Under the pieces are notes generated by a model that had not been told where the DNA came from, ran no database searches, and worked only from the letters and a program-made list of their open reading frames with translations. DNA of 64,000 nt from Chloroflexota bacterium. Its GTDB lineage: Bacteria; Chloroflexota; Limnocylindria; Limnocylindrales; CSP1-4. Within the stretch, counting starts at the first letter, position 1, and each line of letters begins with the position of its first letter. The position numbers and the translations under genes were made by a program. The DNA is taken from the NCBI GenBank assembly GCA_034436555.1, contig DAOTUU010000054.1, positions 94,793-158,792 of the forward strand, written 5' to 3'. Positions 55,788 through 64,000 of this stretch are shown here, in pieces.

Positions 55788-57713
55788 TCAGTCCTCCGCG
55801 ATGACCACGACCCGGTCTTCCGGCAACCAGCTCCGGCTGACCGACTTGGGCGGGTTGAGCACCACCCGCACGTCCGACCGGCCCCCCGGCTCGGCGCGGG
55901 TCCGATAGCCGATGGCCACCTCGCCGCGGTCACGCGCGGCGACCACGACGGTGGCCCAGGTGGTCGACGCGCCGGTCCGCACGTAGTCCGCGGCGGGCTT
56001 CAGGTAGATCTCCGAGCCCTCGCTGTCGAAGATGTCGCTGAACACCGCGGCCAGCCGCTTCTCCTCCGCGACCTGGGCCATGTACAGGCTCACCAGGCGG
56101 TCGCTCACGATGAAGTCGTCCGCCCGGGTGACCACCGCGAGGTCCCGGTTCCGCACGTCCAGCATCTCGCTCACGATGGAGAACCGCCGTCCCGAGATCG
56201 AGGCGATGTCGCGCAGGTGCAGCAGCGAGATGAGGGTCCGCGCGTCCGCGCGCTGCGCGTCCATGCCGTCGCTGTGGCTGAGCAGGACGACGTGGTCGTA
56301 GGAGGGCACGTCCAGGGCGTCCAGGACCGCGCGCGACGTGGTCTCGCCGGGCTGGAAGTCGAGCCGCGTGGCCAGCCCGTCGGTGGTCATCCGGTTCAGC
56401 GCGTCGCCGGCCTCCTGGAGGTGGGTCACCACGCTGACCAGCGAGCCCGGTGCGAGATAGTGGTCCAGCTCCGTGATGATGGTCGGGGCCAGCCGATTCC
56501 AGCCCAGGATGAGCGTCCGCTCCGGTGCCCGCGGCCGCGGCACGGGCTCCACGATGGCGTCCCGGTCGATCGCCGCGACCTGTGTCGTCGCGCGGATGGT
56601 GTCGTCGTCGGCGCTGATCGCGATGATCCGGTCGTCCGGCCCGATGGGCGTGTCCATGGGCGGGTTGAGACGCGGCTCGCCGCCCGCCGGGAGCACCCCG
56701 ATGAGCGTCGAATCCTCGAACGCGAGCAGCGACTCCCCGAACGTCCGACCCGTCAGGCCGGGCTCGCCCGCGAGGTAGATCTCGTCGCCCTCGAAGTCGA
56801 GCAGCTCCTGGTACACGAGCGACAGGCCGGGCTGGCGGCACGCCTGGGCGGTCACCCGCGCGATGAGGTCATCGACCATCACGATCGCCACCTCGTCCCG
56901 GGCGACCATCCGGGCCACGTCGGCGTTGCGCGGGTCGGTCAGCTCCACGACCACGTGGTACGGCTCCGCACGGCGGTCGGGATCGTTGGTGATGGCGAGC
57001 AGCGTCTTGATGACGTCCGCGTCGGCGTCATCCGTGTCAGGCGCGAGGACGATCACGGCGCGCGAGGTCTGGTGGCTCGCGATGTCGATCTCGTCGACGT
57101 CGATGGGGGACCCGGTGCGGCACACGATGGTGGTCGTGCGTCGATCCGGGACGCGGTCGCGGAGCTCGTCCTCCATCTCCACCTTGTCGCGCTCGGCGAG
57201 GATGACGATGCGCTGGCGGCGCTTGTTGGCGTTCGCCGCGATGAGCTCCTCCACGACCGTGAACACGGCCTGGCTCCAGCCGAGGATGACCGTGTGGCCC
57301 TCCTCGATCACGCGCGAGCGACCCTTGCGCAGCTCGTCGAGACGCCCCTCGATGCCCGTGGAGATGATGCCGATGAGGATGGCGACCATGAAGATGCCGC
57401 CCATCGTGATGAGGAACATCGCGACCAGGAAGCCCGGCCGACCCGAGTCGCCGCCCATGGTCCCCGGGTCCAGGGTGCGCAGCAGGGTCCACCACACGGT
57501 CGTGAAGAAGCCCGGATCGGCCGGCTGTCCGGTGGTCGGGTCGATGGCGTCGTTGGCGCCGTTCACCTCGCCCACCAGCCAGATCACCGCGGACACCGAG
57601 AGGATCATCACCACCGACGCCAGGAACAGGCCCGCGATGAGCGCGATGGTGCCGCGCGACATGAACGCGTCGAACCGGTACCGCAGCCGCTCGCGGAGTG
57701 TGGGCTCCCTCAT
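55788..57713 (-). CDS. CASTOR/POLLUX-related putative ion channel (2 transmembrane segments, pore region, tandem RCK/TrkA-N domains)
   Basis: It has N-terminal transmembrane helices plus a selectivity-filter-like TMGG segment (FLITMGGIFMV), followed by two Rossmann RCK domains (TVILGWS..., LILGWNR...). Confidence 0.75.
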   Translation of the reverse strand: MREPTLRERLRYRFDAFMSRGTIALIAGLFLASVVMILSVSAVIWLVGEVNGANDAIDPTTGQPADPGFFTTVWWTLLRTLDPGTMGGDSGRPGFLVAMFLITMGGIFMVAILIGIISTGIEGRLDELRKGRSRVIEEGHTVILGWSQAVFTVVEELIAANANKRRQRIVILAERDKVEMEDELRDRVPDRRTTTIVCRTGSPIDVDEIDIASHQTSRAVIVLAPDTDDADADVIKTLLAITNDPDRRAEPYHVVVELTDPRNADVARMVARDEVAIVMVDDLIARVTAQACRQPGLSLVYQELLDFEGDEIYLAGEPGLTGRTFGESLLAFEDSTLIGVLPAGGEPRLNPPMDTPIGPDDRIIAISADDDTIRATTQVAAIDRDAIVEPVPRPRAPERTLILGWNRLAPTIITELDHYLAPGSLVSVVTHLQEAGDALNRMTTDGLATRLDFQPGETTSRAVLDALDVPSYDHVVLLSHSDGMDAQRADARTLISLLHLRDIASISGRRFSIVSEMLDVRNRDLAVVTRADDFIVSDRLVSLYMAQVAEEKRLAAVFSDIFDSEGSEIYLKPAADYVRTGASTTWATVVVAARDRGEVAIGYRTRAEPGGRSDVRVVLNPPKSVSRSWLPEDRVVVIAED

Positions 57714-58002
57714 GGGGGCGGAGTCTACCCAGTCCGGTGCGTCGCGCCCGCCCGCCGCGGCGCCCCCTCCTCGTCTCCCGCCGCGCCCCGCGCCGCGCCC
57801 CGCGCCTCGCCTCGCCGCGCCTCGCCGCCGCTGCGGACCGAACGCGCGACTCCACCCAGAGTACCCTTGCCCGTGGCGCCGGATTCCCGTGCCGGCGTCC
57901 CAGCGATGGGGAGACATCGATGGACGCACGCGATGCTGGGAGGATCGGCGTGCGAGGGCACGGTGCCGGGGACGGGATGGTCGAGATCGAGAAGGGAGTG
58001 GG

Positions 58003-61000
58003 ATGAAGCGACGGCTGCTCATGGTCGCCGGTCTGTCGGCGCTGCTCGTCGCGAGCGTGGCGCCGGCGCCGGGCATGGCCCGGACCCCCGAGCGATTCGG
58101 GAAGGTCGATGTCAAGCTGCGCAAGGCGAACCTGGACGTCCTCGACGGTGCCCGGGTCCGCAACCGCTGGGTCGTGGTGGGCGTGGAGCTGGAGGGCCGG
58201 CCGGTCGCCGCCTACCAGGGCGCCGCACTGGCCAGCGGGTCGGAGCTGAGCGCCGCGCGCAAGGCCAACCTGCGCACCCTCATCAGCCGCCGTCAGGCGG
58301 TGACCCAGGCTCGCATCGAGCGCCAGGGCGCCCGCGTGCAGTCGAGCTACACGGACGTGTTCAACGGGTTCCGGGTGCGCGTCCGCGCGAACAAGCTCGA
58401 CGAGCTCGCCGCCACGCCCGGCGTCAAGGCGATCGTCCCGGTCGTCAGGCACGATCGCGACAACGCCAACACGGTCGCGCTGCTGGGCGCGGACAAGACC
58501 TGGGCGCAGACCGGGTTCACCGGCAAGGGCGTCAAGATCGCCATCATCGACACCGGCATCAACTTCTATCACGCCGACTTCAACGGCGCGGGCTACGACG
58601 CCTGGAAGGCGGACGACGGCCTGACCCGGGGCGGCAACTTCCCGACCAGCAAGGTGGTCGGCGGCTGGGACCTCGCGGGTGACGACTACAACGCCGACGA
58701 CGCCGTTCCCAACCGCAATCCGGATCCCAATCCGCTCGACTGCAAGGCGGCGGACGCCGACTCGACCCAGCATGGGACGCACGTCGCGGGGACCGCGGCG
58801 GGTGTGGGCGTGACCGCGGCGGGCAAGGCCTACAAGGGCCCCTACACGCCGTCGGCGCTGAAGGCCGCGAACCTGCGCATCTGGCCGGGTGTCGCCCCGG
58901 AGGCGAAGCTGATGGCGTTCCGGGTGTTCGGCTGCACCGGCACCACGTATCTCGTGGTGGACGCCATCGAGATGGCGGTCCGGGACGGCGCGGACGTCAT
59001 CAACATGTCGCTCGGCTCCGATTTCGGCAACCCCGGCTCGCTCGACGCGATCGCCTCGGACAACGCGGCGCTGGCGGGCGTGACGGTCGTCGCGTCGTCC
59101 GGCAACTCCGGCGCGTCGGCGTACATCACGGGTTCGCCCGGGTCCTCCCAGCGCACCATCGCGGTGGGCGCGGTGGACGCCCAGAAGGACTTCCCGGGCG
59201 CCAAGATCGACATGGCCACGGGGAATGCCATCAAGGCCATCAACGCCAACGACGGCCCGCTGCCGGTGACCGGCAAGCTGCGCTACTTCCGGGACGACCC
59301 GAACACGCCCGGCGACACCAGCACCGGCGAGGGCCTCGAGCAGTCCGGCTGCACGGCCGACGCCTACGCCTTCAACGGTTTCCAGGCGGGTGAGATCGCC
59401 GTGGTCCAGCGCGGCTTCTGTGCCCGCATCGACAAGGCCAAGGCGGGCCAGAAGAAGGATGCCGCCGCGGTCATCCAGATCAACAACGCGGAGACCCTGC
59501 CGCCGTTCGAGAACGCCATCGCGGGTGTGACCATCCCGTTCATCGGCGTCAGTGGCGCGGACGACGGGCGCTTCCAGACCGACGACGGCAAGAGCGCCAC
59601 CATCAAGGGCGCGTCCGTCATCGGCAACGGCGACTACCGGTACGTGTCGGACTTCTCGTCGCAGGGCCCGGGTCGCATCCGACAGCTGCTGAAGCCCGAC
59701 GTCGTGGCGCCCGGCGTGTCCGTGTTCTCGGCGGACGGGGCCACCGTCCAGCAGGGCAAGAACCTGGGCGGCACGTCCATGGCCGCACCGGCCATCGCGG
59801 GTGTCGCGGCGCTGGTGAAGCAGGCCAACCCGGGCTGGAGCCCGCGGAGCATCAAGGGCGCCATCATGGCCACCGCCACGACGGGCAAGGTCAAGGGCTA
59901 CGACCTGCGCGCCGCGGGCGCCGGCCTCGCGCAGCCCCGTCTGGCGGTCGATACCAAGGCGCTCATCCAGGCGCGCCTGGGTTCGTCGTCGCTGACCTTC
60001 GGCTACCAGCAGGCGGGCAACGCGCCCGGCACCAGCACCTCGTTCACGTCACGGGACGCGTTCACCATCGTGAACACGTCGAACAAGGCCATCACCTACG
60101 ACCTCCAGAACCGCTTCCGGACCGACGCCCGCGGACTCCGGGTGACCTATCCCCGCAGCGTCCGCGTGCCCGCCAGGGGCCGCAAGGACGTCACCGTCAC
60201 GGTGTCCATGAGCGACGCGTCCGCGGGGGCCCTGCCGCTGTCCGCGCCGGGCCACTCGGCGCCCCTCGCCGTGGACCGGTACGGCCAGCTGTTCACGGAC
60301 ATCACCACCATCGGCGGCACCGTGGTCGCCACGCCGCGCGGTTCGGGCGCGGGCCTGTATCCGCTCGGCGTGCCGTGGACGGTCGTGCCGCGCGGCCTGT
60401 CGCGCATCCAGGACCTGCCGAGCTCCCGGAAGCCCTGGAAGTCGGCCGACGGCCTGCTCAAGAGCGCCGTCTCGATGCGCAACTACGGCGTCCACGATGG
60501 CTACGCGGACGTGTTCGCGTGGGGCCTGGAGGACGGCGAGGAGTCGGTGGATCGCGTCGACATGCGTGCCGGCGGCGTCCAGTCGCTGCCCGCCGACGTG
60601 TGCGACGAGTCCGCGGCCGCGAGCGATCGCTGCCTGATCTTCGCGATCAACCTGTGGGGCACCTTCAACAACGCCTCGGAGGCGCTGTACGAGGTCGCCA
60701 TCGACCTTGACGGCGACGAGAATCCGGACGTGTACGTCTCCGCCATCGATCTCGGCCTCGTGTTCGGCGACTACTACGGCGTGACCGGGTCGCTGGTCAA
60801 CACCCCCGGTGGCCAGGTTCTGGCCGCCTACTTCGCGGGTGCGAGCCCGAACGGGTCCACGATCCTGCTGCCCGTGCTGGCTAGCGACCTGGGTCTCACC
60901 GTCAAGCCGAGCGCTCGCAAGGGGGTCAAGGCCAAGGGGGGCGTCAAGGCGGATCCCGGGTTCGGCTACACCGCCGAGTCATACGTCATGTATGACGACT

Positions 61001-61281
61001 TCGGGCCGGCGGGTGTCGTCGCGTACTACGACGTCATGACGACCGGCCTCCGGGCCGGGGGCGCCTGGGCCCGGTTCGATCCCTTCGATCCCGTCATCAG
61101 CAACGGCGGCAACCTCAAGACGATCAAGGCGGGTGCCACCAAGTCCATCCCGCTGGCCATCGATCCGAGCCGCTACGACCCCGAGAACAAGGGTCAGAAG
61201 GGCTGGATGATCGTCAGCCTGGACGACGAGAACGGCCGCTACCAGGCCGAGCTCATCCCGGTGGGCGCGCTGCCCAGCTGA
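58003..61281 (+). CDS. Secreted S8-family (subtilisin-like) serine peptidase with PA domain and long C-terminal beta-rich extension (1092 aa)
   Basis: There is a signal peptide MKRRLLMVAGLSALLVASVAPAPGMA, the catalytic triad in IIDTGI (Asp), HGTHVAG (His) and GTSMAAP (Ser), and a PA insert. GGGAG is present before the ATG, and the 380-aa upstream extension of the ORF is rejected. Confidence 0.85.
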   Translation: MKRRLLMVAGLSALLVASVAPAPGMARTPERFGKVDVKLRKANLDVLDGARVRNRWVVVGVELEGRPVAAYQGAALASGSELSAARKANLRTLISRRQAVTQARIERQGARVQSSYTDVFNGFRVRVRANKLDELAATPGVKAIVPVVRHDRDNANTVALLGADKTWAQTGFTGKGVKIAIIDTGINFYHADFNGAGYDAWKADDGLTRGGNFPTSKVVGGWDLAGDDYNADDAVPNRNPDPNPLDCKAADADSTQHGTHVAGTAAGVGVTAAGKAYKGPYTPSALKAANLRIWPGVAPEAKLMAFRVFGCTGTTYLVVDAIEMAVRDGADVINMSLGSDFGNPGSLDAIASDNAALAGVTVVASSGNSGASAYITGSPGSSQRTIAVGAVDAQKDFPGAKIDMATGNAIKAINANDGPLPVTGKLRYFRDDPNTPGDTSTGEGLEQSGCTADAYAFNGFQAGEIAVVQRGFCARIDKAKAGQKKDAAAVIQINNAETLPPFENAIAGVTIPFIGVSGADDGRFQTDDGKSATIKGASVIGNGDYRYVSDFSSQGPGRIRQLLKPDVVAPGVSVFSADGATVQQGKNLGGTSMAAPAIAGVAALVKQANPGWSPRSIKGAIMATATTGKVKGYDLRAAGAGLAQPRLAVDTKALIQARLGSSSLTFGYQQAGNAPGTSTSFTSRDAFTIVNTSNKAITYDLQNRFRTDARGLRVTYPRSVRVPARGRKDVTVTVSMSDASAGALPLSAPGHSAPLAVDRYGQLFTDITTIGGTVVATPRGSGAGLYPLGVPWTVVPRGLSRIQDLPSSRKPWKSADGLLKSAVSMRNYGVHDGYADVFAWGLEDGEESVDRVDMRAGGVQSLPADVCDESAAASDRCLIFAINLWGTFNNASEALYEVAIDLDGDENPDVYVSAIDLGLVFGDYYGVTGSLVNTPGGQVLAAYFAGASPNGSTILLPVLASDLGLTVKPSARKGVKAKGGVKADPGFGYTAESYVMYDDFGPAGVVAYYDVMTTGLRAGGAWARFDPFDPVISNGGNLKTIKAGATKSIPLAIDPSRYDPENKGQKGWMIVSLDDENGRYQAELIPVGALPS

Positions 61282-61348
61282 CCGCCCGTCACACACGACG
61301 CCACGCGAGGCCCCCGGCGACCGCCGGGGGCCTCGGTGTTCCCGGACG

Positions 61349-62098
61349 TCAGTCGAACAGGGTCGCCTGGACCGCGCCGGGATCCGGGGCGGACGTCGCG
61401 CCGGGTGCCGGATCGGTCGGGCTCGCGATGGGCACCACCAGGTCCGGAGCGTCGTTGCGCACGCTGTTCACGGCCTTGCTCACCGGCACCATCGCGAGCA
61501 CGTCATCGGGCGCGGGCACGAGCAGGCCCAGCAGCTCGGCTGCGTCCGGCGTCGTCGGGTCCAGCCACATCGTCCACGCGTCGCGCGGCAGCAGCACCGG
61601 CATCCGGTCGTGGATCCGGCCCACCGTGCCGTTCGCCTCGGTGGTGATGACCGCCGCGGACGGCACCCACAGGCCGGTCGCGGGGTCCTTCCAGACGGAC
61701 CACAGGCCGGCCATGGCCAGCACGCCGTCCCCCGGCGGCCGCAGCAGGTAGGGTTGCCGCGTGCCCCCCCCGCGATCCCACTCGTAGAAGCCGTCCGCGG
61801 GCACGATGCAGCGCCGCCTGGCGAACGCCGTCCGGAACGCCGGGCTGGATGCGACGGTCTCCGCCCGGGCATTGATCATCCGGGCCCCGTCGGAGGCCTT
61901 CTTGGCCCACGCTGGGATGAGACCCCAGCGGATCCGCTCCACCGCGCGTCCGTCCTCGCGCTGGAGGACGGCGGTCACGCGGTCCGTGGGCGCCACGTTG
62001 TAGCGCGGCCGGAACGGCTCGTCAGGCTCCCGGACCTCCGCGTCGAAGATGTCCGCGATGACCGCCGGGTCGGTCTGCTGGGTCATCCGTCCGCACAT
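61349..62098 (-). CDS. SOS-response-associated peptidase (SRAP/YedK/HMCES family abasic-site processing protein)
   Basis: It has the MCGR N-terminus (catalytic Cys2) and the family pattern YNVAPT...WGLIP.W...INARAET...FYEW. Confidence 0.85.
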   Translation of the reverse strand: MCGRMTQQTDPAVIADIFDAEVREPDEPFRPRYNVAPTDRVTAVLQREDGRAVERIRWGLIPAWAKKASDGARMINARAETVASSPAFRTAFARRRCIVPADGFYEWDRGGGTRQPYLLRPPGDGVLAMAGLWSVWKDPATGLWVPSAAVITTEANGTVGRIHDRMPVLLPRDAWTMWLDPTTPDAAELLGLLVPAPDDVLAMVPVSKAVNSVRNDAPDLVVPIASPTDPAPGATSAPDPGAVQATLFD

Positions 62099-62139
62099 GG
62101 GCGCATGGTGGCACACGGCCGGCCGCACCCGCCGGTACA

Positions 62140-62574
62140 GTGGCGGGCATGGAGGGACCGCGCCGCCCGGTGGGCATCTGGATGATCGTGGGCCTCGCGA
62201 TGTTCAACGCGATCATCGTGCTGGGAGACATGGTGATCGGCACCACCATCGCCGATGCGCGCCTGCGGCAGCTGCTGGGGGATGGCCAGCCGGTGCGGGT
62301 GCTCATCGTGTGCTGGGCCCTGCTGGTGATCGCGGCGTCGCTCCTGCTGTGGCGCATGGAGCGCCGCGGGTGGGCGCTCATGATGGTCCTCGCGGGCGTC
62401 GGCCTCGCCAGCAACCTCGCGGTCTGGTGGCTGATGCCGGACCGCACCGACTGGCTGTCGATGGCCGTGTCGGTCGCGACGGCCTTCTACCTCAACTCCT
62501 CGGCGGTGCGGACCCGGTTCCAGGAGCGCCACGAGGTCTCCCGCATCACGCTCAGCGATCGGAGCGGAGGGTGA
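62140..62574 (+). CDS. Small hypothetical membrane protein (4 transmembrane segments)
   Basis: It is divergent from the SRAP gene and has hydrophobic helices. It is translationally coupled (GTGA) to the downstream gene. Confidence 0.5.
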   Translation: MAGMEGPRRPVGIWMIVGLAMFNAIIVLGDMVIGTTIADARLRQLLGDGQPVRVLIVCWALLVIAASLLLWRMERRGWALMMVLAGVGLASNLAVWWLMPDRTDWLSMAVSVATAFYLNSSAVRTRFQERHEVSRITLSDRSGG

Positions 62575-64000
62575 CGGGGCTCGATCAGGGAGCCGCCGCG
62601 CCGGCGCCGCTGCACGAGGACGACCCGGACCTGGAGCTGCTGCGCGCGTTCGAGCCGGTCATCCGGTACAACGAGGGGGAGCTGTTCTTCCCGGCGTCGG
62701 TGGAGGGCTACCTCGCCGCGTGCGACCTGCTCCAGGGCACGTCCGAGCGCGATCGCCGGGTCGTGGTGCCGCGCGGTGCCGTGACCAAGGACGTGATCGC
62801 GACGTGGGTCGCGCCGCCGGGCGAATCGCTCTATCTCCGGTATGTCCAGGCGCCGCTGTCCGGCGTCGCGCTCGCGCGCTGGCAGACGCGGCCCGATCGA
62901 CCCCACTTCCGGGCCCCCGGCCGGCTGGCGCGCGTGGGGCTGTTCGGTCGGCTGGTGGACGCCGGGTTCAACCTGTCGCTGCTGGCGCGGGGCACCGTGC
63001 CCGGCGGCACCACCGCGGCCGCCCAGATCGCCTATGCGGCGCATCGGGCGTCCGATCCGCGGTACGTGTACCACGGTCGCGTGGTGCGTCGGAACGGCTG
63101 GATCGTGCTCCAGTACCTGTTCTTCCACTACATGAACGACTACCGCTCCACGTTCAACGGTGCCAACGACCACGAGGCGGACTGGGAGCAGGTGTTCGTC
63201 TACCTGGAGGATCGGCCCGAGGGCGTGCGCCCGGTCTGGATCGCGGCGGCCGCGCATGACTACATCGGCGACCAGCTGCGCCGGCGCTGGGACGACCCGA
63301 CCCTGGTCAAGGACGGCGATCATCCGGTCATCTTCGCGGGCGCCGGGTCCCACGCCAGCTACTTCGAGCAGGGCGAGTACCTCACGAGCGTGCCGCTCGC
63401 GGCGTTCCGCGGCCTGGCCGACCTGCTGGATGTGGCCCGCTCGTTCTGGGCGAACACGCTCCGACAGCCCGACCCGGGGGACCTGGGCGCGCGCCTGGAG
63501 ACCGCCCTCTCCGCCTCGTTCGTGGACTACGCCCGCGGTGACGGCGTGGCCGTGGGGCCCGGCCAGGGCGCCACCTGGAGCCCCGTGCTCATCTCCGATG
63601 CGGATGGGTGGGTGGACGGCTATCGCGGCCTGTTCGGCCTGGACACCCACGACCGGTTCGGTGGCGAGCGGTCGCCCGCGGGGCCCAAGTACAACCGCAA
63701 CGGCACGCAGCGCCTCTCCTGGCACGACCCGCTGGGGTTCGCGGGACTGGACAAGGCGGCGCCACCGGCGCGCTGGCCGGAGGTGCTGGGCGAGCAGGAG
63801 GCGTCGCTCGCGGCGCAGCGCGCGGACGTCGACGGGCGGATCGCCGAGCAGGTCTCCCGGCTGCCCGGCCTGGCGCTGGAGGTCCAGGCCCTCTCGGCCG
63901 ACGGTGGCATGGAACGACTGAGGACGCCGCGGGCGCAGGACCTGGGCACGGGCGAGCTGGAGCTGCGCGGCCTGCGGGCGGAGGCGGCCGCGCTCGACGA
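62571..64000 (+). CDS. Hypothetical protein, 3'-truncated by the window end (more than 476 aa), absent from the ORF track because no stop codon is present in the window
   Basis: The frame is open from GTG 62571 to the window end with strong GC3 bias (gtg acg ggg ctc gat cag gga gcc...). It contains ...YLFFHYMNDYRSTFNGANDHEADWEQVFVYLEDR...HPVIFAGAGSHASYFEQGEY... and I did not recognise the family. Confidence 0.5.
   Translation, partial: MTGLDQGAAAPAPLHEDDPDLELLRAFEPVIRYNEGELFFPASVEGYLAACDLLQGTSERDRRVVVPRGAVTKDVIATWVAPPGESLYLRYVQAPLSGVALARWQTRPDRPHFRAPGRLARVGLFGRLVDAGFNLSLLARGTVPGGTTAAAQIAYAAHRASDPRYVYHGRVVRRNGWIVLQYLFFHYMNDYRSTFNGANDHEADWEQVFVYLEDRPEGVRPVWIAAAAHDYIGDQLRRRWDDPTLVKDGDHPVIFAGAGSHASYFEQGEYLTSVPLAAFRGLADLLDVARSFWANTLRQPDPGDLGARLETALSASFVDYARGDGVAVGPGQGATWSPVLISDADGWVDGYRGLFGLDTHDRFGGERSPAGPKYNRNGTQRLSWHDPLGFAGLDKAAPPARWPEVLGEQEASLAAQRADVDGRIAEQVSRLPGLALEVQALSADGGMERLRTPRAQDLGTGELELRGLRAEAAALD

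Noticed and set aside
56863-58002. A 380-aa N-terminal extension of the S8 peptidase ORF
   Set aside because: It would overlap the minus-strand channel gene. A signal peptide with an upstream GGGAG Shine-Dalgarno sequence begins at 58003. The extension is Arg/Ser/Thr-rich junk.

Overview
This is a high-GC (about 72%) actinobacterial chromosomal segment, plausibly from the Micrococcales, with about 60 protein genes and no rRNA, tRNA or CRISPR that I could recognise. With GC this high, stop-free antisense frames produce many long spurious ORFs (for example a 1165-aa ORF on the minus strand at 30488..33985). I therefore chose genes by recognisable protein family, GC3 bias, Shine-Dalgarno placement and operon context. 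Start coordinates were derived from the ORF track by counting residues and may be off by a few codons. Content from 5' to 3' is listed below.
- A cluster of small stress and membrane proteins (two DUF1269 proteins, a SHOCT protein, UspA, YeaQ/GlsB).
- A Ser/Thr kinase, Sua5/YrdC, and a histidinol-dehydrogenase paralogue coupled to an SDR.
- Two type II toxin-antitoxin pairs (VapBC-like and Phd-Doc) with an AT-rich 12-mer operator repeat.
- A NitT/TauT-type ABC importer co-transcribed with a phosphotriesterase-related protein.
- A LacI-controlled sugar locus (GH1 beta-glucosidase, sugar ABC transporter, an 827-aa unknown protein).
- A MIRU/VNTR-like tandem-repeat array with palindromic GTCGACATGTCGAC cores between uspA and corA.
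- A 13.5-kb co-directional cluster (iolD, a secreted unknown protein, an LLM oxidoreductase, a DegT-family aminotransferase, LacI, a PotABCD-like transporter, two xylose-isomerase-like TIM-barrel enzymes, a Zn-ADH), with iolB and transaldolase nearby. I interpret this as a candidate aminocyclitol (inosamine-type) catabolic locus; it is the most likely undescribed system in the window.
- Further on: SulP, a CASTOR/POLLUX-like channel, a secreted S8 peptidase with a PA domain, an SRAP/YedK peptidase, and a 3'-truncated gene missing from the ORF track.
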